In this document: positions 57,140 through 64,000 of the stretch, piece after piece | Layout: every line of letters begins with the position of its first letter | Numbering within the stretch: the stretch's first letter is position 1 | From: an uncultured Bacilli bacterium | GTDB taxonomy: Bacteria; Bacillota_I; Bacilli_A; RF39; UBA660 | DNA: 64,000 bases | Direction: 5' to 3' | NCBI GenBank assembly: GCA_947632595.1 | Contig: CANRPY010000001.1 | Location: forward strand, 2,457-66,456 | The notes under the pieces: generated by a model | The model's database searches: none | Told to the model about the DNA's origin: nothing | Seen by the model: the letters and a program-made list of their open reading frames with translations, nothing else | Made by a program: the position numbers and the translations under genes

Positions 57140-57787
57140 TTCTTTGATTACTAGTTGTTGATTTTCTTTTAGATAGACTCCATATAAATCTGTTTTTGGT
57201 GCGGTAAAGATTTTCTCTTTGTCGTTTGTTTTATCCACAGTTTCTGTGGATTCTTTTTGTTCTTGTTGTTCTTCTTTTTCTATTTTTTTAAAGGAATATC
57301 CATAATTATCGAGTATTTCAATATCATCCTCTATCCATAAGCATTCTTCTGGTTTTTTTCCATTGTTGATGCTCCAATATCCACTATTATTTTTATGCCA
57401 ACCAGGTTCTTCCATTCTGCCTCTTGCACATTCGATATGACAATGATTCCCTGTAGCATTTCCTTTCGTTCCTTCTTTGTAGAAGGGCTCATTTTGAGTA
57501 ATTTCCTTACCAACAAATAGATTACTGATATCATTTGCATGAACAAATAAAATTGTCATGTAATCTATGGTGCCATCTGGGTATTCTACGGGTTCTTTGC
57601 TTTCTAACCATACTTCGTTTGCATCATTTGGATAAATCTTTTTTACAATTCCTGTGAAGGGTGCATATACTTCTTCGATATTGTAGTCTTTTCCTGCATT
57701 ATCAATTGCATAACTATCTTTATGTGTTCCTTCTTGATAGCCTTGTGTAATTCTCATATGCTTGGATGGAAATATCGGTTTTTCCAT
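57131..57787 (-). CDS. M23-family peptidoglycan metallo-endopeptidase-like protein (no signal peptide)
   Basis: HKDSYAID (HxxxD-like) and GNATGNHCHIE (cf. TGPHLHFE). ATGA overlap with the upstream holin-like gene. Confidence 0.5.
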   Translation of the reverse strand: MEKPIFPSKHMRITQGYQEGTHKDSYAIDNAGKDYNIEEVYAPFTGIVKKIYPNDANEVWLESKEPVEYPDGTIDYMTILFVHANDISNLFVGKEITQNEPFYKEGTKGNATGNHCHIECARGRMEEPGWHKNNSGYWSINNGKKPEECLWIEDDIEILDNYGYSFKKIEKEEQQEQKESTETVDKTNDKEKIFTAPKTDLYGVYLKENQQLVIKELS

Positions 57788-58125
57788 TACTGATCCTCCT
57801 CATTTATAATATTTTCTTTCTTGATAGAGACTGTTTTCTTATTCATAATATCGGTGTAGGTTGTTAATTTTCCTTCTAATGTTTTATAAATGGAGTCTGC
57901 TCCTAAGAAAGAGAATAGTCCAATCCATAAACTATTGGGTAAATCCATATCGGTAAATGTTTTACAAAAGAAAATACTAATAATGATATTGACTAGGAAA
58001 GAATAGATTGTAATGTGTTCTTTCTTTTTTATAAGGCCTTTTGTTTTTTGGACAAATGTACAGGTAATAGAACTTAGAGCAATGGATATGATTAATGCTA
58101 ACTTTAAAAAATCAAAATTTAACAT
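57787..58125 (-). CDS. Holin-like small membrane protein
   Basis: 112 aa with three hydrophobic segments and a charged C-terminal tail. Coupled to the peptidase gene. Confidence 0.45.
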   Translation of the reverse strand: MLNFDFLKLALIISIALSSITCTFVQKTKGLIKKKEHITIYSFLVNIIISIFFCKTFTDMDLPNSLWIGLFSFLGADSIYKTLEGKLTTYTDIMNKKTVSIKKENIINEEDQ

Positions 58126-58182
58126 ATGTACCTCCCGTACTAGTTTATGTTTTCTTTTTGTTTTGGGTACAAAAAAAGAGAA

Positions 58183-59463
58183 TTACTTCTCTTTGATTTC
58201 TTGAAACCCATTTCTACTCCATAGCCATAGGGCTGTATGAATATCAATTGGTTTGATTTCTTCCTCTTTTAACAATTCGTTCCAACGTTCAATTACAATT
58301 TTTTGAACGTCGCTTCTTTCTAGTTCTTGTTTGGTAATGAGTCCTAGACGGTAAGTTGATTTTATCACATGAGTATCTGGCGCTACGGTTAGGTTTTCAG
58401 GATTTTTATATTTTTGATTGGTATATTGCATGATTACATATAACCAGTAATTGCAAATCTTTGTCCCTGAGAGATAAGGAAATCTTTTCTTTTCCTCAAT
58501 TTGTATAAAGTCTCTTATGGTATCGACATTTTCTTCTTTTTCTAGAAATAATTTACGAATATCTCCTTCATAAAGATCTTCTATTGTCTTACATAGGGTT
58601 AGCCATATCTCGGTTTGTTTTTGCTTTTGAAGTGCTACTTTATATTTCGTAAGTGCTTGTTGTACTTCTTCGAAACTTCTTTTTAAACATTCTTTTGGAG
58701 AGAAGACGAATCTTGTTTCTTCATCTTGATATGTTTTATTGGCTACTTCCCATAGAGTATAGGAGTTTCTTTGGTAATTGAGTGCCATTGGTAAAGTGAA
58801 ATATAAATAGTTCTCTAGGCTGTCTTTTGGAAGATGTGGGTTTTCATCTTCTGGCATGACTTCTCCTCCTAGTTCTTTCTCTTTCCACATACGATATAGA
58901 TTTTTTACATTTTTTAAGACCACTTCTTTATTTAACAAGCGATACCTTTTTATTTGTTTATTTGTCTCTGTTGATAAAACACTATTGGTGTAGGTTGCCC
59001 CTAATTTTTGAAAGATTTTTGGAGAGATTTTATTGTCTTCATAGTGACATAAAATGACTTCGGAAATTCCTAATTTTTTCGTTTCTTCTATTAAGACTTT
59101 TGCCAGAGAAGTTCCATATCCTTTTTTTCTTTCTGTTGGTCGAATTCCATAGGCAATATTTCCCCAAATCTCGTATCCTAATTCTGTTAAATGGTTTCTA
59201 ATGCATCCTACTCCTACTAGTCGATTCTTATCATATGCTAAATAATAGTAGGCATCTTGATACCAATCTCTATCTATGTGATTTCCTTCTTTTCTTTTTT
59301 GTACTTCTTCTTGAATATTTTGATATTCTTCTTCATTTCTACAGGGAAGTTCTAAAATATCGGGAGTTAAGTTACTTTGATAGTCTATAAATTCTTGTAG
59401 CATCTCTATATAATCTTTTCCGGATGAAGTTTTCCAATCTTTTAGTTGAAGCAAAAAAATCAC
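58183..59463 (-). CDS. GNAT acetyltransferase fused to an HhH-GPD/EndoIII-like C-terminal domain
   Basis: GNAT motif A RPTERKKGYGTSLA. C-terminal FPYLSGTKICNYWLYVI...VAPDTHVIKSTYRLGLI resembles the HhH-GPD helix-hairpin region. Confidence 0.5.
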   Translation of the reverse strand: MIFLLQLKDWKTSSGKDYIEMLQEFIDYQSNLTPDILELPCRNEEEYQNIQEEVQKRKEGNHIDRDWYQDAYYYLAYDKNRLVGVGCIRNHLTELGYEIWGNIAYGIRPTERKKGYGTSLAKVLIEETKKLGISEVILCHYEDNKISPKIFQKLGATYTNSVLSTETNKQIKRYRLLNKEVVLKNVKNLYRMWKEKELGGEVMPEDENPHLPKDSLENYLYFTLPMALNYQRNSYTLWEVANKTYQDEETRFVFSPKECLKRSFEEVQQALTKYKVALQKQKQTEIWLTLCKTIEDLYEGDIRKLFLEKEENVDTIRDFIQIEEKKRFPYLSGTKICNYWLYVIMQYTNQKYKNPENLTVAPDTHVIKSTYRLGLITKQELERSDVQKIVIERWNELLKEEEIKPIDIHTALWLWSRNGFQEIKEK

Positions 59464-59464
59464 C

Positions 59465-61144
59465 TTACTTTTCTATTCTTTGTTTTAGACCATCTTCCAT
59501 ATTCACTCTTGTTGGAATAATATATTTTGCATCTATTCTATGGGAGATAAAATTGGTTATGGCTTTCATAGCTCTTGAGCCATCAAACCATACTGGGTTA
59601 TCACTTCTTGCACGAATCTTATCTAGGGATGTTTGGTATGCGTCTTCATCATAAGAATCGCTTTGTTCTCTTGTAATCATATATGGTTGGTTTTCTTCTT
59701 CATATAAAGTGTTTTTTTCTAATGGATATTCTGCATTTTCATACCAATATAGATGATCTCCTCCTGCTAAAATGAGAATTTCTGCTTTCCAATCTAGGTC
59801 TTTCATTAAATCTTCTACATATTCGTATACTTCTTTAAAAGAACATGTTGGAACATCTTCTTTTAAACTACTAAATTTTTTGGTTAAGTCTACTACTCCA
59901 AAATTGTAATATTTTCTATCTATAATTTTTCCATTCTTGGCTAAGGCTAGTTCTGTAGAACCGCCTCCTCCAATAAAGACGCATATCTTTTTCGATGTTT
60001 TTAAATTTCCAATACATCCTAATGCGGTTAATTCTGCTTCTTCCTCTTGTGTTACAACTTCAATTGGTTGCTGGATTTCATTTTCTACTTCTTTTTTCTC
60101 TTCTTCTGTTATTTTTCTAAAGATACTGCATCCATAAACATAGATTTCTTCTGTTAATTTTTTGGCTTTCTCCATTACTTTTTTTAACTTCGTAATATCT
60201 TCTTTTGCAATTTTATTTTCTTGAGCATAATTCTTTTTAAATTCTATCGTATCTGTCTTTTCATAAATTGTTTTTCCGTTCTCATAAACATGAGTCTTGG
60301 TATTATTACTTCCTATTTCAATAATTGCGAATGTTCTTTTTTTCATTTTTTTCTCCTCCTTACTTTTCCCCTTTTTCTCGATGTAGCGATTCATTCTTTT
60401 ACGAATATCTTCCATCTCTTCTTTTGTTTTCTCATTTTGATACTCAAAGCGATCAATTAAGGCATCGATATCTTTCTTTTGTTTAATGATTTTGTATGAT
60501 ATTTGAAAGGATAAGTCATAGATGAACGCTAAAACACATACCCAATAATCTAATGGAGTTTGGCGGTCGTGAATATCTACACATTGTTCTTTTTTTACGG
60601 CATCATATACTTTCTTACTGAGAGATGAAGATTCCATCTCTTCTTTTTCTTTTACGATATTTGGAAAAATGGCTTCTATTTTTTCTTCTCTTTTTACTCT
60701 AAAGTTATCTAGTTTATCCGCATCTCTTATTATTTTTGCATGAAGTAGTTCTCTTTCTGATAAATCCTTTTCTATTTTTAATGTGTTGTGATTTAGGATT
60801 GCTTTTTGAATGATGGTATCATAGGATTCATCTTCTATAAAATCTCTGATACGATTATTGGTCCACAATACTTCCACTCCTCTTGCGGCATGATTATATG
60901 TAGCACTGGAAAACTGCTTGTTTTCTTTTAATTCTTCAAATCTTCCAATGTCATGTAAAACGGCAATGGCTTGTGCTAGAGCAATATCTTCTTTCGAACA
61001 GTTTAGAGACTCTGCAATCTTTTTTGCATTTTCTACCACGTGTTCTGTGTGAGTTACTTTCAGTTGAAAACCTAGTTGGTCTTGATCTTGATAACTCGCA
61101 ATCCACTTCTTAAAGGCTTGTTTTGTTTTTGTTATCTCTATCAT
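59465..61144 (-). CDS. HD-domain protein fused to a C-terminal Ppx/GppA-type (ASKHA) phosphatase domain
   Basis: N-terminal HTEHVVENAKKIA...AVLHDIGRFE...RDADKLDN (HD). C-terminal FAIIEIGSNNTK...FIGGGGSTE (ASKHA phosphate motifs). Confidence 0.6.
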   Translation of the reverse strand: MIEITKTKQAFKKWIASYQDQDQLGFQLKVTHTEHVVENAKKIAESLNCSKEDIALAQAIAVLHDIGRFEELKENKQFSSATYNHAARGVEVLWTNNRIRDFIEDESYDTIIQKAILNHNTLKIEKDLSERELLHAKIIRDADKLDNFRVKREEKIEAIFPNIVKEKEEMESSSLSKKVYDAVKKEQCVDIHDRQTPLDYWVCVLAFIYDLSFQISYKIIKQKKDIDALIDRFEYQNEKTKEEMEDIRKRMNRYIEKKGKSKEEKKMKKRTFAIIEIGSNNTKTHVYENGKTIYEKTDTIEFKKNYAQENKIAKEDITKLKKVMEKAKKLTEEIYVYGCSIFRKITEEEKKEVENEIQQPIEVVTQEEEAELTALGCIGNLKTSKKICVFIGGGGSTELALAKNGKIIDRKYYNFGVVDLTKKFSSLKEDVPTCSFKEVYEYVEDLMKDLDWKAEILILAGGDHLYWYENAEYPLEKNTLYEEENQPYMITREQSDSYDEDAYQTSLDKIRARSDNPVWFDGSRAMKAITNFISHRIDAKYIIPTRVNMEDGLKQRIEK

Positions 61145-61202
61145 GTTTTTCCTCCCCTTTTTTTATTATAACAAAAAAAGAAAAAGTTTTTTTCTTTTTC
61201 TT

Positions 61203-61904
61203 TTAAAAGCCTAATCGTTTCATATCTTCTTCTATTTCTTGACATATGGCATCATAATTAATTTTCTTTTTAAAAAGAGCAATCTCTCTTTGTAGGTATT
61301 CGATTCCCATCTTACTATAGGTTTCTAGAGGTCTTCCATATGTTCTTTCAATATTTGGTAAAATGAGTGGCATAGCATATTTGTCTCTTTCTATATCTTC
61401 TGGATGGTAGAAGGAGTCAATTCTTTCCATTTCTTGAATGACTTTTTTATCATTTATTTTTCTTACTTTTGGTCTTTCTATTAACCAGTATAGATGTTTA
61501 TCATACATAATTCCTGTTGAAGTATCTATGATAAAGGTCTCTTTTTCTTTTGTTGTTACTTGTACAAAGCAATGATCTGCATAGAGAGGGTCATCTTTTT
61601 GATCTAGGTATTTGGGATTTAGTCGAATACTATCGATACCTGCATAGATAAGTTTTACATCGTAATCTTCATCTAAAAATGCTTTTGCCATTAAGAATGC
61701 TCTATCATAACAATGACCATTCGACATCCCATTTGATAATAATAGGATGGATGCAGGAATTCCTCCATCATAGATTGTTCTTAGTTTTTGTATTAATGCT
61801 TTTGGGTATAATGCAGCATGTCTTGTCTTTAGTCCCCATAGAAGTAATTTTTTCTCTTTTGTTCTATGAAGTTTCCATTTCATTTCTTCTATTTTCGTTG
61901 TCAT
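61203..61904 (-). CDS. Hypothetical protein
   Basis: 233-aa ORF with no recognised motif. Confidence 0.4.
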   Translation of the reverse strand: MTTKIEEMKWKLHRTKEKKLLLWGLKTRHAALYPKALIQKLRTIYDGGIPASILLLSNGMSNGHCYDRAFLMAKAFLDEDYDVKLIYAGIDSIRLNPKYLDQKDDPLYADHCFVQVTTKEKETFIIDTSTGIMYDKHLYWLIERPKVRKINDKKVIQEMERIDSFYHPEDIERDKYAMPLILPNIERTYGRPLETYSKMGIEYLQREIALFKKKINYDAICQEIEEDMKRLGF

Positions 61905-61973
61905 AGAATCCCCCTTTTTGAATGCTTATTATTTTACCATAATTCTTACTAAATGGCAATTTTAAGTGCAAAA

Positions 61974-61994
61974 AAAGCTCGAATATCGAGCTTT
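61974..61994 (-). terminator. Intrinsic terminator after rpsI
   Basis: Minus strand: AAAGCTCG-atatt-CGAGCTTT followed by TTTTTTGC. Confidence 0.75.
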
Positions 61995-62009
61995 GAATGA
62001 AACTGAATA

Positions 62010-62435
62010 TTAACGTTTTGAGAATTGTGGAGCACGACGTGCTTTCTTCAATCCTGGTTTCTTACGTTCTTTCTTACGAGAATCTCTTGTAATAAATCCT
62101 GCAACTTTAAGAGTTTTTCTAAAACTATTTTCTGAGTCAGCTGGAGTTGTTTTGTCATAATCTAATAATGCTCTTGTGATTCCTAAACGGATTGCTCCTG
62201 TTTGTCCTTGGAATCCTCCACCACTAACTTGTGCATCTACATCAAACATTTCTTTTGTATTTGTTAAATCAAGTGGTTGTGTTAAATCCATAACACAAAT
62301 TTCTGATGGGAAGTATTCTCTTACATCTCTACCATTAACGGTAATTTTTCCTTTTCCAGGAGTAAGTGTAACTCTTGCAACACTAGTCTTTCTGTGACCA
62401 GTTCCTGTGTATACGTTTTTCTTTTCTTTTGCCAT
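62010..62435 (-). CDS. rpsI: 30S ribosomal protein S9
   Basis: [14 protein letters not shown]...[19 protein letters not shown]...[10 protein letters not shown]-terminus. Confidence 0.95.
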   Translation of the reverse strand: MAKEKKNVYTGTGHRKTSVARVTLTPGKGKITVNGRDVREYFPSEICVMDLTQPLDLTNTKEMFDVDAQVSGGGFQGQTGAIRLGITRALLDYDKTTPADSENSFRKTLKVAGFITRDSRKKERKKPGLKKARRAPQFSKR

Positions 62436-62447
62436 ACTTTAACCCTC

Positions 62448-62879
62448 CTACTTAACTTCCAATGTCTCTGGTTTTTGTGCTTGTTGATTGTGTTCTGCAC
62501 CAGCATATACATGTAGTTTTCTATACATATCTCTTCCTAAACGGTTGTGAGGTAACATACCTTTTACTGCTCTTTCAACCATTTCTTCAGGATATTGCTC
62601 TCTCATTGTTCTTGCAGTTCTTTCTCTTAATCCACCTGTGTATTGAGAGTGATTGTAATACATTTTCTTATCTAATTTATCTCCTGTTAAATTTACTTTT
62701 GCAGCATTGATAATGATAATGTTATCTCCACAATCAATATGTGGTGTGTAAGTTGGTTTGTGTTTTCCACGTAAGTATGTTGCTGCTAAAGAAGCAACTC
62801 TACCTAATGATTTTCCTTCTGCGTCAATTACGTACCATTTACGTTCAACAGTTTCTTTCTTTTGCATATAACTTGTCAT
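62448..62879 (-). CDS. rplM: 50S ribosomal protein L13
   Basis: [46 protein letters not shown]. Confidence 0.95.
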   Translation of the reverse strand: MTSYMQKKETVERKWYVIDAEGKSLGRVASLAATYLRGKHKPTYTPHIDCGDNIIIINAAKVNLTGDKLDKKMYYNHSQYTGGLRERTARTMREQYPEEMVERAVKGMLPHNRLGRDMYRKLHVYAGAEHNQQAQKPETLEVK

Positions 62880-62899
62880 ATTTTTTCTCCTTTTACTTC

Positions 62900-62983
62900 A
62901 ATTCGTTTTTCCCAGGAACGAATTAAGGTGGGATATTTGAATGTACCGATTAAGATTATACTAAAAAAAGTATTAAAAATCAA
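62900..62983 (-). promoter_or_regulatory. rplM promoter and short 5' leader hairpin (possible L13-type autoregulatory leader)
   Basis: Minus strand: TTGATT (62983-62978), 17 nt, TATAAT (62960-62955). Then the hairpin AATTCGTT-N9-AACGAATT (62924-62900) just upstream of the RBS. Confidence 0.4.
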
Positions 62984-62998
62984 TACTTTTTCCTATTT

Positions 62999-63304
62999 TT
63001 ATACTGTTTTTACGTCTGTATTTTCTGGTTGTTCTGCCATCAATAAATCCATTTGTACTAAGGCTTGTTCTAATTCTTCATCTGACATAGATTCTACGTA
63101 TGCTGATGAATATTTTTCATGAATTTGTTCTCTAGTTTCATGATTCAAAGTAGCTCCTGCCATAGCTGTTCCTGTTACGGATACTCCTGCATAAATGGTT
63201 GATTTTAGATTATCTGTTTTTAACTTTTTTTGTTTTCTATCATATAGACTTGCTACTGCTACCGCTGTTGCTCCTACTCCCGTAATGGTTGATCCTATAC
63301 CCAT
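62999..63304 (-). CDS. Small Gly/Ala-rich membrane protein
   Basis: GIGSTITGVGATAVAVASL and GVSVTGTAMAGA glycine-zipper-like segments. Confidence 0.4.
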   Translation of the reverse strand: MGIGSTITGVGATAVAVASLYDRKQKKLKTDNLKSTIYAGVSVTGTAMAGATLNHETREQIHEKYSSAYVESMSDEELEQALVQMDLLMAEQPENTDVKTV

Positions 63305-63305
63305 A

Positions 63306-63941
63306 TTAAATTCCCCCTAACTTTTTTTCTTTGGCTCTTTCTTCTTGAGCATGTTGAAACATCGCTTTCATTTGTTCTAATTGTTCTTTGTTTTCAATAT
63401 TATCTAAGATTTCTTGGAAGGTTGGAAGTTTTTCACTTTGCTCAATACTTTTATGAATGACCTCTGCTGCACTTCCGTATTCTTCAATACTTCTTTGTAT
63501 GATTCTTTCTTCTTTCTTTTGTAAATTTGGTTTTAAGTGTTCTAGACGACACAAGTTATAATTTTGAATATTGATACATTCGAAGTCTACTGCGGCGTTT
63601 ATGATTTCATAGATTAGTAATGGTGCTGCCAGTGGAATCTGTAGGATGGTTCCGATTAAGAAGATTAGGATACAGATAGCATCTTTTGTTAATCCTCTTT
63701 TATGAACTTGTTTATTCCAATTTAAATATTCAAATATTTCTGTTGGTCGTTTCGGATTGATATGATAGTTTCTATTTTTCTCTTGGTTCATTTCTTTTCG
63801 CATTGCCATCTTCGCAAGTTTTATTTTCTGTCTGATTTCTTTTCGTTCTTCTTCTGTCTTTGCATGTTTGATGGCTCTTTTTTGTTTCCAATCACAGTAG
63901 GTATCAAAGTAAGCTATAAAATTTGGACATAATTTTTTCAA
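63306..63941 (-). CDS. Hypothetical membrane protein
   Basis: 211 aa with a central TM pair (AICILIFLIGTILQIPLAAPLLIYEII). 1-nt spacing from the downstream small gene. Confidence 0.4.
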   Translation of the reverse strand: MKKLCPNFIAYFDTYCDWKQKRAIKHAKTEEERKEIRQKIKLAKMAMRKEMNQEKNRNYHINPKRPTEIFEYLNWNKQVHKRGLTKDAICILIFLIGTILQIPLAAPLLIYEIINAAVDFECINIQNYNLCRLEHLKPNLQKKEERIIQRSIEEYGSAAEVIHKSIEQSEKLPTFQEILDNIENKEQLEQMKAMFQHAQEERAKEKKLGGI

Positions 63942-64000
63942 TAGATAAAATTTTATTTCTTCTACTTTGAAAACTACTTTTTGAAATTTTACAGCACCTA

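Noticed and set aside
62176-62926. Several 61-86-aa ORFs overlapping rpsI/rplM on either strand.
   Set aside because: They overlap universally conserved ribosomal protein genes and have no independent support.
1-64000. Looked for CRISPR arrays, tRNA/rRNA genes, IS elements with terminal inverted repeats and reverse transcriptase/retron-like genes across all intergenic regions.
   Set aside because: No regularly spaced direct repeats, no cloverleaf-like GC-rich segments, and no transposase or RT motifs were seen. The only mobile-element signature is the serine-recombinase island.

Overview
AT-rich, low-GC Firmicutes-type chromosomal segment. The taxon guess rests on gene content only; no homology search, RNA model scan or composition calculation was run, so every call rests on motifs read from the supplied translations and on my own reading of the DNA.

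Backbone genes:
- mutY, a NUDIX hydrolase, and a pnuC plus NMN-adenylyltransferase-like pair.
- An aminotransferase-GNAT fusion, mgtA, adhE and a radical-SAM activase-like gene.
- A ZIP transporter and rplM-rpsI.

Accessory modules:
1. 1-5973 is a tightly overlapping six-gene minus-strand operon, truncated at the left edge. It encodes a Dam-type methyltransferase, two paralogous ParB-like proteins, a mini PD-(D/E)XK nuclease, a short SNF2 ATPase and a larger PD-(D/E)XK endonuclease-like protein. I cannot map it to any named defence system and rank it as the best candidate for an undescribed system.
2. About 25825-35287 is a roughly 9.5 kb element with a large serine recombinase, inserted inside an Amidase_3/LysM cell-wall amidase gene. 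A 5-bp CACCT core sits at both junctions, and removing the element restores the reading frame exactly. It carries an SSB-like gene, a wHTH gene, an ASCH gene, a convergent type II R-M pair (C5-MTase plus candidate REase), and an AAA+ ATPase/S8 subtilase pair resembling the IetAS defence system.
3. 35728-41198 is a very AT-rich block with a divergent sigma-70-like factor and several orphan proteins.
4. 41367-44636 is a SipW-like signal peptidase / TasA-like / membrane protein module.
5. 44756-48509 is an apparent operon of an Abi_2 (HEPN) protein, an HtrA-like protease and a 578-aa protein with two RNxxAH HEPN motifs. This is a second candidate novel system.
6. 50678-56220 is a pared-down type VIIb-like secretion locus: EssC, a YukD/EsaB-like protein and two small helical proteins.

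I also report an unclassified promoter-leader-terminator element (candidate riboswitch) at 7963-8122 and several intrinsic terminators. No rRNA, tRNA or CRISPR array was seen.
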